In this document: one piece after another, positions 49,275-62,865 of the stretch
Layout: every line of letters starts with the position of its first letter
Position numbering within the stretch: the stretch's first letter is position 1
Source of the DNA: Squalus acanthias
Taxonomy: Eukaryota
DNA: 64,000 nucleotides
Direction of reading: 5' to 3'
Assembly: GCA_030390025.1 (NCBI GenBank)
Contig: CM059432.1
Coordinates: 104,038,001 to 104,102,000 of the forward strand
Made by a program: the position numbers and the translations under genes
The notes under the pieces: model-generated
Seen by the model: only the letters and a program-made list of their open reading frames with translations
Told to the model about the DNA's origin: nothing
The model's database searches: none

Positions 49275-51612
49275 CGTTAAAAAATTACTTTCCGTGGAGC
49301 ACTTTACCGAGATATACAGAGGTATTTTGGTGAGGAAATCTGCTATTCATTTTTTTCCCCCTCTGCACCAAACACTATCGTGGTCTGACAGGGTGGATCA
49401 ACCACTCCTGGGTCTCCTCCAACATCATTCTCAAAGCAGCTGCTAGGTGTTCAAGATTGGCTAAAGCATAATTTCCCCTCCTTCTCTGGGGAATCTCAGT
49501 GAACCCAGACTCACTACTTCACTGGACAGCAATGCTCCCCAACCCACTTTAAAAGAAATTGCACTAGACTTCTTCAGATGCAAAAAAAAATGTTTACTAA
49601 TCTGAAATAAGACATTTCTCACCTCTTATGGCTCACACTCACTCTTTGGTCAACGGTACAGGTAGGCAACTTTCTCCAAAGAGTTCCAACAATGCTGCTC
49701 TATAACTGAATGCAACCATGCATCCCTTTTCACGCCCCTCACCGATTTAGGGAAAGTCAAGCTTATTGTTTGCTCAGTGATTAGCCCATCAATGTGGGAA
49801 TGCATCTCTTGAGAAATTGCAGCTGTTAATCTATGTTCTTCCAGTCCATTGCAAAAATAGTTCTGATACAAAATTCCCTTAAAATGTGTGCTACTGATAA
49901 TGCTATCCCTGCATCAGCTGTGAGTGGAACCAAGCTAACATTATGAAAAGTCTGATTGGTAGCAGTTTTCTTTGCTGCTGCCCTACCAGAAAAGTATCAT
50001 ACTACTAGCCCCTCTTACATTATCTGTTCTCTGCTAACAATCATCTCTCGGGCTCAGCCTTTTGAGGGGAAAACTGGTTGAATAACAGCAAGGCAACTCA
50101 AGGGACAAGATTGTCGGCTGCTATGGGATCACAGATGGTCAAACAAAAACCTAAAAACAATTTAAATTGGCAGGAAGGGTATGATTTTACCTAGAAAAAT
50201 ATCATGCCTAATTTAAAAAGATTGATGGCTCCATTTGTATTACAAAATAGATCACATAAATGGAATTTTCCAGAACGAGCAGCTAATACTCAGGTACAAC
50301 CCTAATCATATGTGGATTTTGTACAGAAACGGAGAAACAGCTGTTCCTAACAGGATGTGTTTTGTGCCAATGTAGTGCCTATCATCTGTGTACTTGCCAT
50401 CAGCAAAGCAAGCAAACATATGTGAAGATGAAGTATACCAAGTATATTAAGCATGACCTTTAGCAGCATTTTAAGATAATTAAAATGACATATTCCTTTG
50501 AATATCAATTCTGAAGTATAATATATTCAACAAAGTGGGCAAGTGTTCTTTTTAACTGGATTTAACTTTTTAGATTTCAAAGCTATTTGTTCAAATATAA
50601 GCAGAGTCCTTATAAGCAGAAGCTCTCACTAATTTTATTTTTAAAATTTAACTTTGAAACATGCAAGCTTTTATATTTAGTACAAGTGACCTATTGGTGA
50701 TAATATAAAATGTTGCACCATACAACACATATGGGAGAGGAAATTGAAGTATAGCTAACTAAAAATGTATAATGCCATTAAACTAACTACCAGCACAATA
50801 ATCACAGCTTTTCACTATAACCTCATGACTATATTAACTTTCTTCTTTTCAGGAACCTGTCTCCTATACATTAATTCAACCATCACACTTCACATCAGGT
50901 TACAATATTGTCCAGCAGATTTTGGTAAGATTTTGTCTCAGAGCTTTTTTACTTATGTTCCAAATGCAGAGATTTCTGCACACGAAGTCAGCCCGAAGAG
51001 AATGGAGTCTCCAAATAAAAATTATACGTCACAAGCCGCAGGACAAAGTGAGGCACGCATATCATAATTGATATATGTATTAGCATTATCTGCCCCTGCG
51101 AGACCTCACGTGACAGCTTGCCAATCCCACCTTGGCTAGCCTGAGGATGAAGATAAGGCACCTCTCCCCAAGGTGGGGGCTGCTCTCACCCACATCCTGC
51201 TAACCAGTTGCAAAGCAAAATTGGAGAAACCTTGATGCAGATCACCTACCTGACTATTGTAGCAAGGGGTCTTTAAGGACAGTGGAAAATAACTGAAGCT
51301 TGGGAGATAAATAAAAGATGAACTGCACCAATGTCTTCTCTCATTCAGTATGATGGCAATTTAAAACATGCAAGAATTTCTGCATGTAATCCCAGAGGAC
51401 TGAGTTTTACAATAAAAACAGAGGCCCCAATTTAATAATCTATGCACGTTTGCAAAATCTCAATATAGGCAAGGTCAAAACTGAACCAGTGGCAAAAATG
51501 TTCTGTTTGTAATTTATTCTGTAAATTTTACATAGAACTGCCAGTAGCATCATCAATGTCTAAGCCATAAGCTTGGTTCTATGGCTAGGAAGAACGGTTG
51601 TAAACAAAGGGT

Positions 51613-51633
51613 CTCTCTCTCTCTCTCTCTCTC
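51613..51633. repeat. (TC)n microsatellite
   Basis: Direct observation. Confidence 0.85.
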
Positions 51634-52559
51634 ATTGCCACCCCTCCCCAAACCTTCAGCTTTCTAATTTGGTGATTACCACCAGGACTATGTCTACAAA
51701 AGTTTTGGTAAAGCAGGTGTGTAATTTCCCACTGACAGCATTTTGAAAAGGATTAAAATTCACATTTAACTAGACACACCTCAAACATGCCAAAAAATAT
51801 TTTAGAAGCCCAAACTGCTTAAACTACAGAAGTTAAACTTGAGGGTATTTTATTGGGCACAAAACAAGAATGCTGTCAGAAACCCATATTAAATTCACCC
51901 AGAGTGTAATAACTAGGTCAATGATTTAGAAAGTCCCCACTGGGGATAATAAGATGAGCTAGCTTTATTAAATAATTCTAAAATACCTAACCTGCGAGAA
52001 GTTACTAATAAGGTTTAAAGGAACACATGTTGCCAAGAGGCTAGGTTATTCTCCCCAAGCACAGTAACTGCAGCAGCTGGCATGGCAAAGTGGCAAACCC
52101 AAATTAACATGAGGGATAAAGGCCAAGGAATCGGCAGAAGGCTGCACTAAGTACTTCAGCAAGTGAGAGGACAATGGTGACACAAATAGGTGCTAAGGGA
52201 AAATCTAATAACACAAAAATCAGATTTTATTTGGATTGAAACCAATTTAAACTGCTTCATTTAACAGTGCTGTACATCTTAATTCACTTAGAATTTAATG
52301 CACAATTGCAACTGAAACTAGGTCATGTGCTTAACTGATATCCATCCTTTTCCGTTCAGTTTGTTTGTGTAGGCAAACATTCCAAAATAAAATTAGCATG
52401 CTACTCATCTATATTTTGTTGGGGCGAAGAGAGGATAGCTATACTTTGAATGATGCACATGTACAGTATCACATAAAAATTGAATTGTTTCACTGAGTTA
52501 ATTGATTAACTCATTCCATTTAATTTAAATATTCATTGCGCATTAATGCAATTTCTCAG

Positions 52560-53480
52560 TTAGTGCTGGGATCTTTGTTATTCACATTGTTTATCAATGA
52601 TCTGGAAGTGGGCATTGAAAGAGGATTGATAAAAATTGCCAATGGTGCCAAGGTTTGGAGGGGGTTGTAAATAATTAAGAGCAAGCTGATCAGGTACAGA
52701 GGCATCCAGATAGATTGGGACGGTAAGACTATAGAAATGGCAACTGAACTTTAAAGTCAGCAAATGCAAAATGATGACACTAGGAAAGCAGAATAAACAT
52801 TGGACCTATAAACTAAATGGTGTTAGTCTAAAGGATAAAGCCCAGGAAAAGAATTATTGATGGACAAATCACTGAAACTGTGTGCAACAGTGCGCAGCAG
52901 CAGTAAAGAAAAATAAACAGGATCTGGGATTCTATTGGATCATGGAATAGAAGATGTCACAGGATATGATACTGAGCCTGCACAGGACAATGATTCAACC
53001 CAATTTGAAGTACTGTGTGCAGTTCTGGTTTGGAATATTACATAAAGGACATCATAGCTCTGGAAAAGGGGGAGAAAAGGGCTACCCGTCTGATACCCGG
53101 CATCAGACACAAACGACAAAAAGAAACAACACAAGCTGAGTTTGTTGACATCGGAGAAGATTGAGAGGGGATCTTGTTGAGATATTTAAGATCTTTAAGG
53201 ATATTGTAAAGTGGAATACTAAGAAGCTGTTTAGCACAGCCTCAAAAATGACAATGAGGGAAGGTGAAAGAACAGATTAGTTTCACATAGAATAGTTAGG
53301 GTGTACTGCCCAAGTGACTGAGGCTGATAACATCAGTAATTTAAGGGGGCGTTGGAAAGGCATTTTTTGCGAGAAAAACAAATTGAGAGATATAGGTAGT
53401 GAATTGTGTATCATGTTTTTGAACTCTAGGCCAGCAAGATGGACCAAAATGGTCAATCCCTGTCGTGTGCTTTCCTGTGT
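52560..53480 (+). mobile_element. Old degenerate CR1 RT and 3' fragment
   Basis: FINDL-like, KYCVQFW, agagggggatcttgttgagatatttaag. Confidence 0.65.
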
Positions 53481-55994
53481 TCCTCAGCTTCCCCCATGAC
53501 TCAGCTGGTTAAAGTAGTGAGTAGTTGAGCAATTCAGACAGGGAGAGTTCCAGGTTAGGGCAGGGGGAGAATTAAAAACATAGAAAACTAGGGTTCCTTT
53601 CCTGATCGCTGTCCAGTGATCCCTGCTGTAAGTGTTATGTGGATATCAGATGAGGACAGCTTACGGCTGATATGATAACCCCTGCAGCCAAACTGTCTAT
53701 TGACACGCACCGTCCAATCTCTCTCTTACACATGCACACGTCTTATGAAAGGCACCACAGAATTAACATTGAATCAGACAGAGAGAAGAATCAGCATGAA
53801 CAACAAGCAATATGCCCCGTTTATATAGCAACTGCTGATTTGCATTTGTGCCCAGGTTATGACAATATTGTATCTCAGGCATTCATTATTCTAATATGAA
53901 CAAATATGATGGTATACAAGAGTTTCTTTGCACATTAAAAATTGGTATGGATTTCAAATTTTCCCTCTTCAGTGTTGAAGTGCTATTACCTAGGGGCATT
54001 TCAGACCACTATCCAGGGTTTTCATTTAGCTACTAAAACTCAAAATTCTAGGTTTATAAGGTCTTGACTTTTCATTGCATAATCACACTCGTGAGAGTTA
54101 CATGTTAATCCTTTAACTGGTAAAGATGTTTGTCTATAGGTGATTCAGATTTGCCAAATGTGCACACCCATAACTCAAGTCTAAGTTGCTTTTGAATATT
54201 TTAAATTGCCCTGGTAACTTTCAAAACATGAAGTATAGGCAGCAGAGCAAAAAGGCCTCTGTTAGCCTGTACAGCCCTCCTATAAACTTTGGTAAAAGTG
54301 GCATCAAAACAGTCACATGCTTAGTTGTTTTAAAGTCTATCTTGCCTGTGCAAAATCATTCTATAATCTAGAAAGGGTGGTTTCTACAACAGTAGGAGCA
54401 GCAATGGTCCAACACAAAATGAGCCATTACTAGGTACAAGCTGTTGATATTCCAATTGCATTCCGGGACTGTGATTCATGCACCTGAACTTGAAATTATC
54501 CATCCTACGAGTCTGCAATCTAAATCATATGTTTTCAAATATACCAATCTTCATTCTGTAATACCTTTGCAACTGAACCACATTATTTTTTTCACCCACG
54601 CTTTCTACACAAGTAATTTATTGAATGTTAAGTGCAAGTTTGGTTGAAGACATCTACAGCTCACTGTAAGCAAGCATAGTACTTTCCCTCCAGACCACCA
54701 ACACCACGAGTAAGATCCTCCCTCCTGTCATAGCAGAGATAAGATGCTTTTGTTTCCTATCTGTATGGATTCTGCCCATGAAAAAAGGACAAACCACATA
54801 TTTCATTGTTTTGAAACCCTAACACTAAAATGTTTCTTCAGTCTCTACATCTGATTTCAACAACTATAAAGCTGGAGTGTCTAAATTACATGCTCATGCT
54901 AGCTCCACATGGAAGCTGTCTACTCTAAGCTCATTTCCTTGCTATTTTCCCCAAATGCTTCATTATATTTCCACATCGGTTGTGTATCTAATGCCCTGTT
55001 AAGTGCCCTGATTGATGCAGCTTCAGTAGCTACTTGCAGCAATGCGGAGTGGAACGGAGGGAGCACCTTCATGTGGTCACGCTGGCCACGTGTTTTCCTT
55101 TTTGGAAAATATGGAAGCTATGCAAAACAAATCCAATAAATATTTTTTGATGCTGTGAAAATGACATCGCTGATCCACTGATAAACTAATGAAACTTACA
55201 AATACTACTTTCAGTACAAAATCGATCTAAAAGTATATGGGTCCCAGGTGAAATATACAAGTACAAAAGGGTGGATGCATTATATATTAGCAAAAATAAT
55301 AACTGCACAATTTCAAGAGTGATCAAGAAACACATGGGTGCGGAATAAATACCAAAACAATTGGAGAAAAAGATGTTTGGAAAAATACTGAAGAGGGTTA
55401 AACACACGTCCTAGGTTTAATTCCTACTCTGTACTGTGCCAGATGGCAGTAGAGGCATTACATTTGGCCTCTGCAGCTCGGTGTTGGGGTAAGAAAAGTC
55501 ACCCAGGGTTTCCAATCCTGAACTCTTTCCAAACACCCCTGCTGGACCTTGTGTATGGACGTTGGACGAGGTTACAATTGCACTTGGCTGTGATGCCCCC
55601 AATCAACACTCACCGTCAAGACTCACACACCAGGAATGGCCCCTTGGGCAAGGTAATTGAGTACAACCACTGCCTGAGGGACATACTGTTGCAAACATGA
55701 AAGTTTCAGGAAAGGAAAAGAGGAAAATGTTCATTGCAAAACCCCTTGTCTAAGCAAACAGCTGGTGCTGCAAATTTTACCATGGTAGTGACTGGTCAAA
55801 GAGCTGCAGCTACACTGATGAAGGCGCATTCACCTTCAGTAACTACATTAGCCAAACAAGCCTAAATAACTAGTGGCTTATCTACCAACACGGTCGTCAT
55901 GGATACCAATAAGATGTCAACTCTTACAAAGCAGATTTATTTTACAAAAAGACAAACTCTTGAAAAGCAACTAGATTAAAGAAAGCAAACTTAC

Positions 55995-56144
55995 CCACTA
56001 GCCAGATTGAGGAGTTCCTGTTTTTCAGCCACACTCGATTTTTCTTCTAGTTCCCACAGGAGCACATTGACGAGGTGAGAATTCTTGATAATAATGGGCA
56101 CTTCTTCAAACATATTCTCAGAAGTAATGAGTGCCTTCTTTATT
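55995..56144 (-). CDS. EIF3H: EIF3H coding exon (corresponds to human exon 5)
   Basis: Translates [50 protein letters not shown], matching eIF3h (human [36 protein letters not shown]). Acceptor ctag| and donor |gtaagt; 150 bp; phase joins the next exon. Confidence 0.96.
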
Positions 56145-58439
56145 CTAGTTGATAAATAGAAACAAGATGAGAATTCTTGAGAATAATGGCACTTATTCAT
56201 ATTTGTTTATGAAGGTGATTAGCTCTCAAACAACAACCATCACTCATTTGGAGTGAGATGGACTCATTTTGGTTTAGAAGTTACATATTTGGACCCATTT
56301 CACTTAAAAATAACCACAGCTGCATTTATTTATATGGGTTTGAAATTGGGATCACTCATTTTAATGAGAAATCTGATATTTCTCTGATCTGGATGACTGT
56401 TAGTACCTTTCTTTATTCAAAGCATTTCAAGGTTTCAGATTTACAACATTTCAGCGGTTTAAGGATTTTGTATTACCAGTATTTCAACTCAAAATGGTTC
56501 TCGACTCTCCAGACGCTCAGCAACTTTATCCAGTTAGTAGCTGAGCTATGCAGTCCAGGTTTGATCTGGTGTGCTAAATTACCCGATCTTAATCAGAACA
56601 GCAGTAGGAATGCTACAATTGATGTAGAATTAGGGAATGGGTGGGAATACACAGGTTTTCCACTGTTGACCATTATTGAGTGACTCATGTTACAGGTACA
56701 CTTCAGCGAAATGAACTGCTACTTTGGCAAGGTACATGTGTGACAGACATTCATGGAGCCCTACCCCAGCAAGTATTCAATGCCTTTGAGAGAGGAGAAA
56801 ATTTGTGACAAAAAAAAATTGCCAATGTGAAATCACTATCCAAAGCAGAGTTTAAAATGAGTAAAGGATGTAGGCTAATGACTCAAAGAATGGCTGAATA
56901 TACCATCAATAGGCAAAATATTCTGCATATTCCATCTCAATGAAATCCATATAAAACTATTTTTTAATACTCATTTTTATGAGATTTATTTCAATTGGAG
57001 AAACAAAGTGGTTTGGTCATTCTATAACACAAGTTTTATGCATAACAATGTTAGAATGCTTAGAAAAACCTACCCGTGGAAAGTTTTGAGAGCACCTATC
57101 GCACTTCAGAAGTCACACTCCAAAGTGTCAAAATAATAGTTATGCTAGAAATATACAGTCACCTGCGAATTTGCAAACCACCCTCATCAATCAACCTGTA
57201 ATTTACCTCAGGATGCTTACAGCAAATAGATTTTTTTTTTTAAAAAGTTCTACTTTAGTAACAGAATTACAGATACAGTATATGGTATCCTGCGCCTGTT
57301 AATACGATGAGCGACAGTACAGACGATCTGCCAATTAATATAAAACAAAAAGGTTTTTGACCCACTGAAATAACTTACAAGATCATTAATCAACACACGT
57401 ATCCCCATCCAGTGGGTGCTCCTTTAACTTATATATATTCCAATTTATCGATTGTCCATTTGGGAGTTACAAAATAGAGCGAAAATTACATGCAGAGGCC
57501 AGTGGGTTAGCATACTGAACTTTCAACTCAAGATTAATGGGATAAAGGTCGCCACACTCTTTCTGCCAGTTGTAAGGGTCATACAAGTACAACATCTGGC
57601 CACGCTAAACCCATTTCCAAGTAGGTGCACAAAACTGCCCACAAATCAGCACAAGTTAGCAAATTGGGCAAAGGGCTTGTGAACATCAGTTCAGGACAAG
57701 GTTGGGTCCTGCTATCAAATGGCCCAAGGACAGAGTGTTAGCTTACATAGAAAGCATCCACTTGGGAATGTGACAAAGTTCGGTAGCCATGCAAGTGCTC
57801 CCCAGCATGAATTGCCATGTTCAGGGAAGAGGGATAGACTGAGAAAACTAGGAGGAATAGAGGGTACTCTGCTATGGTTGAGATAAAAGCACATCTACCT
57901 TACAGCCAGCTTCCAGTGTGCTGGGGGCTGATTAATTCCATTTCCCATTGCTGATACCCATACCTTGGGACATGCATGTGTCAAAAAAGCTTTTTTTACA
58001 GAAGCAAAAACCCACTTTGGTACTACCAAGCCAAGATAGATTTGCAGCCATGTAGAAAGAAGCCATACTTGATTTCATACTTGCATCCATTTCCTGGTTC
58101 TGATGGGCCACAACCTCAAATTAGGAAACTATTTAAAACATCCAAAAACCATAATAGATGATTCTACATGTGTGGATCACTCATCAGATGACAAATGTTA
58201 TTACACTTCATTCGGTTGTAAATACTGAACTACGTGTATTTTGGTACTGTGGCCTACGTCATATAGGCCTCATAACAAAATATACAGGTTTACTCAATAT
58301 TAAACTGCAACACTACCAAGGTTCAGACACTAGAGGTCCCATGTGAGCTATGAAAACATCAGAGCTCCCTCCACTGACAAAAACACATATTGCCCCACAT
58401 AATCCAGAGAGGCTGCCGAGACAAAAGTATTTTTGTTTA

Positions 58440-61400
58440 AAAAGTAGATGCAAGACTTCAAACTTTTCATACTCTAATAACAGTTCTGACAACGATTCTT
58501 TTAACTTCCCCTTTGTTGTTCCAGTATAATCTAAGTCTATGTTCTCGTTATCGACTCTCCAACCAGTAGAAATAATCTCATTGCATATCCTCTCAAAAAC
58601 CTCTCATACTTTTGAAAACTTATTAGCTTCCCCCTTGGTCTTCTCTGTTCATGTAGAGCCCAAATTTAATAAGCTTTTGTTCATAATTATAGCCTCTCAT
58701 TCATAGTATCATTCTAGCAAATTTACAATGTACCCTTTTTCCATGATTCTAATATCCATCCTGTAACAGATTGCCCAGAACTCCATACAATACTCCACTG
58801 TGGCCTAACCAATATCTTGTGTAAAATTAACATTCTTTCCTTGCTTTTGTATTCAATATCTTTCTTAGTCATGCAGCTACATTCTCTTTATCATCTCCCT
58901 TAATCTTTATACCAAGTTTCTTACATGTCACTTTATCAAATGCTTTCTGGAATTAAAAAAAAAAAATCTATAGCCACTGGATTCCCTTTACCGACACACT
59001 TGTGATTTCTTTAAAAAATTCAAATAAATGTGCCAAGAAATCCTGCTGGTTACAAATCCACACAGATTAGCCGCTAATTAGTCAATGTCTTTTTAACTAC
59101 CCTAGTTTCATCCCAGTTCTCTAGTTCCTTGGCACAACTCCCATTTGCAAATATTCTGGAAAATCATGATTATTGCCTCCTCTTCAAACTCCTTCAGTAT
59201 TCTGGGATGCATGGCAACAAAGCACCAGGTGAATTTTATACTTTTAACCCATAAACTTTTTTTTGAAAAAAGTTTCCTTTTGAAAATTTATCTCCAGTAG
59301 TCACCCTTCCATATCCTCTTCAGATATTTCTATGGTTACACTTTCACCTTCTGGACAAACTGAGGCAAAATATTTATTAACTAGCTGTCATTCCCTCACT
59401 TGCTAACGTACCACAAGGCCTACTTCATCTCCAAGTGATTCCAACCTTCCTTTGTTAATCCTTTTCTTTATATGCTTATAAAAAAACTCTTGTTATTTCC
59501 CTTTAATGACTCAGAATCTTTTCATACTTTCTCTTAGCTTTCCTAATCCCTCCCATACTTTTATATTGCTCAGTTTACCTCTATTATACTCTTTGTATGT
59601 AATCATATGCTTTTTAAAACCTAAATATTGTTCTAATCTCTCGATTTATTCACAGAATTCCTGCCTTTGATGCACCTTCTAGAATCCTAGTTAGAATGTG
59701 TTTAATTTGTAAGTTTATTAATTTCATATTTAAACATTTCTCACTGCTGTTTGATCTGCTATTCTTTCCAACCAATCTGGGTTAGGTTCATTTTCATTCC
59801 ACTGAAATTAGCCAATTTCCAGTCAAACACCTTTATCTTTGATTTCTCTTTTTCTTTAACCATTATATGGATAAAAACTAATTAAGTTATGGTCACTACT
59901 TCCCAAGTGTTTCCCTGACTTCAGGTCACTTGTTCATCCCTCTGTGTTACTTAGAACCAGATCTAGCACTGTATCCATCCTGTTGGACATGCAACATACT
60001 AATTAAGGACATAGCCCTGGGCCGATTTGCAGGAGATTTCCCCAATTTGACCACAAACTTTTGTCTTATCCCAGTCTACCTTAGGATAGTTAATGTTCCA
60101 TAGAAACATAGAAGATAGGAGCAGGAGTAGGCCATTCGGCCCCTCTAGCCTGCTCCGCCATTCAATGCGATCCTGGCTGATCATCCAAATTCAGTACCCT
60201 GTCCCTGCTTTCTCCCCATATCCCTTGATCCCTTTAGCCTTAAGAAATATATCCAACTCCTTCTTGAATATATTTAATGAATTGGCCTCTACTGCCTTCT
60301 GTGGTAGAGAATTCCACAGGTTCACCACTCTCTGGGTGAAGAAATTCCTCCTCATTTCTGTCCTAAATGGCTTTCCCCTTATCCTTAGACTGTGACCCCT
60401 GGTTCTAGCTCCCCGACCATCGGGAACATCCTTCCTGCATCTAGTCTGTCCAGTCCTTTCAGAATTTTATAAGTTTCAATGAGATCCCCTCTCATTCTTC
60501 TAAACTCCAGCGAGTATAAGCCCAATCGACCCAATCTCTCCTCATAAGTCATTCCTGCCATCCCAGGTATCAGCCTGGTGAATCTTCGCTGAACTCCTTC
60601 CATGGCAAGAACCTCCTTCCTCAGATAAGGCGACCAAAACTGCACACAATACTCAAGGTGTGGTCTCACCAAGGCCCTGTACAACTGCAGCAAGACATCC
60701 TTGTTCCTGTACTCAAACCCTCTCGCTACGAAGGCCAACATACCATTTCCCCTTTATTACAACTCTTGTTACTACTGCAAACCTCTCCAAACTGCCTACA
60801 AACCACATACTAAATATCTTTACTAATTGATGGTCTATTGTATATTCTCAATATGGCAACATAACCTTTAATTATTTCTTAAGCTCTCTAGCTACCTTAA
60901 GATAACCCTGTTCTATTTATATAGTTTTGCCCCATCACTGTACTTATTTTAAGTCCGAGTTAAATCTCTCACCTTCCAACGGGTTTATTATTAGTTTAAA
61001 CTCACACATGCAGCACTATTCTTATTGCCAGTTTTGTGCAAGTGGAATCTGTCCCTCCTTTACAGCCACCTCCTTTTCCAGAAGTGAGCCAATGCCTCAG
61101 GTGATTTGAAACCCTCCCTCCTACATCACAATTCCTATATTATGCATTTAGCTGTTTAATCTTCCTCTGCTTATCTGATCTGATGTATGACGCACAGTAT
61201 TCACGAGCTTACTAAAACCTTGATGGCTTGCTTTTTAGCTTTCTTCCAAGCTCCCAATACTCCTTGAACAAAACACCTTCTTCAGTCTTACCACATTACT
61301 AGTATCCATATTGATTATGACTCAAGTCTGTCAATACAACCCTTCCAAAACTATTTCCACTTGCTCTTTAATGTACTTCACTCTGGCATCAGACCACTTT

Positions 61401-62150
61401 GGATTGCAAATCACATCGATGGATATACCTACCGATTATGGAGTTGTCTTCTCCTATGCTCACTGCCCATCCCTCCCACCCACCCCAACACCTTTCCCAT
61501 GGAGCTGTGGTTCACAGTGTCTGCTAATCCTCTGTTTCCTTGATAAGGCTGATGGTCATCTCATTCCTCATATTATAAAGCAAAGGAGTTGACTAGTTTC
61601 AGTCCTGCCTGCACCCTTCTGGTTTACTTTACTCTTTTCGTCACCTTCTTCACCTCAGTGTCCAGGCTTACTCACACTATAGAACATCTAATTTAAAGCT
61701 TTTGCCCCAGCCTATGTACTGCATAAGGTGTTTAAGTGGTTACTTAAACAGCCAATTGCGTAACTTGAGTGGTCAGAGTGTCCACTTCATTTAAATTCCT
61801 CACACATTCTACTTAAGGCAGTTTTGCCATTTTGTTTCATTATAGCAACTTTAGGAGGTCTAGTTGGACCCCAGCAAATTGTGTATGCCTGTTTACTTCC
61901 CTTCACCAGTCTACCTCTTTCTTGTTGAGAGGTATTTTGTTCTCCCTGCATATCAAAATTATTAATTGTGTGGCAGTATCTCTTCTATGCTCCTTTGTCA
62001 GTTCGACTTTGTGCATTTTGTGTATAATGATTCTATTGGCTATCTCCAAATGTTGCCATTGTTGGCCAACTGATCTCTGCCTTTCATTTTATACCCCTGA
62101 TGAACATAAATTAAACTTTAAAAGTTTTTATACAATTCAGAAGAATTCAA
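58440..62150 (-). mobile_element. Old long degenerate CR1 (3' end to 5' region), interrupted by a young CR1
   Basis: YGVLG/YCVQF-like, FQKAFDKV-like, GKHLGSSDHN-like and VVIKGNINYPKVDW remnants. Confidence 0.65.
60099..60748 (-). mobile_element. Young CR1 3' fragment
   Basis: Open LAFVARGFEYRNKDVLLQLYRALVRPHLEYCVQFWSP...; tail cttctatgtttctatg. Confidence 0.92.
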
Positions 62151-62159
62151 AAGCAGTGA

Positions 62160-62865
62160 AGTTATGTTAAGCTTATAGAGAAGCTTGGTCAGAGAGTTCT
62201 ATGCATAGTTTTGGTCTCCAAATTACAAAAAGGTTATAGAAGCATTGGAGAAAGTGAAAAAAAGATTTCCAAGGATGATACCAGGACTAAGAGTACAACT
62301 ATCAGAGAAGACTGGGGCTCTTTTCTCTAGAAAAGAGAAGACCGAGAAGTGACCTATAGAGGTCTTTAAAATTATGATGTGGTTCGATGGGATAGGATAG
62401 ATGTAGAGAAGATGTTTCTACTTTGGGGGGGGGGGGGGAAAGAGTCCAAAACTAGGGGTCATAAATACAAAAGCAAAATACTGCGAATGCTGGAAACCTG
62501 AAATAGAAACATAAAATGCTGGAAATACTCAACAGGTCAGGCAGCATCTGTGGAGAGAGAAACAGAGTTAACGTTTCAGGTTGATGACCTTTCGTCTGCA
62601 AGCTAGTCACTAATAAATTCAATAAGGAATTCAGGAGAAACTTCCTTACTCAGTGATAAGAACGTGGAACTTGCTACCACACGGAGTGCTTGAGGCAATT
62701 AGCACAGATGTACTTATCTAGTGTCTCCTTAAATGCATGAGGGAGAAAGGAAGAGAGTTGATAGATAAGATGAAGTAAGGTTGGAGGAGGCTCATGTTGA
62801 GCGTAAACACCGGCAAAGATCTATTGAGCCAAATGGCCTGTTTCTGTGCTGTGTAATTCTATGTA
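62160..62865 (+). mobile_element. CR1 3' fragment with an inserted Penelope 3'-end fragment (62468-62598, -)
   Basis: The CR1 sequence ggggtcataaata|...|agtcactaataaattc is split by the reverse complement of the 14550-14675 sequence. Confidence 0.8.

Noticed and set aside
55814..55840. Hammerhead-like ctgatga hairpin
   Set aside because: No downstream GAAA core or stem III.
56258..56683. 141-aa plus-strand ORF next to EIF3H exon 5
   Set aside because: AT-rich intronic sequence running into a SINE remnant, with no protein motifs.
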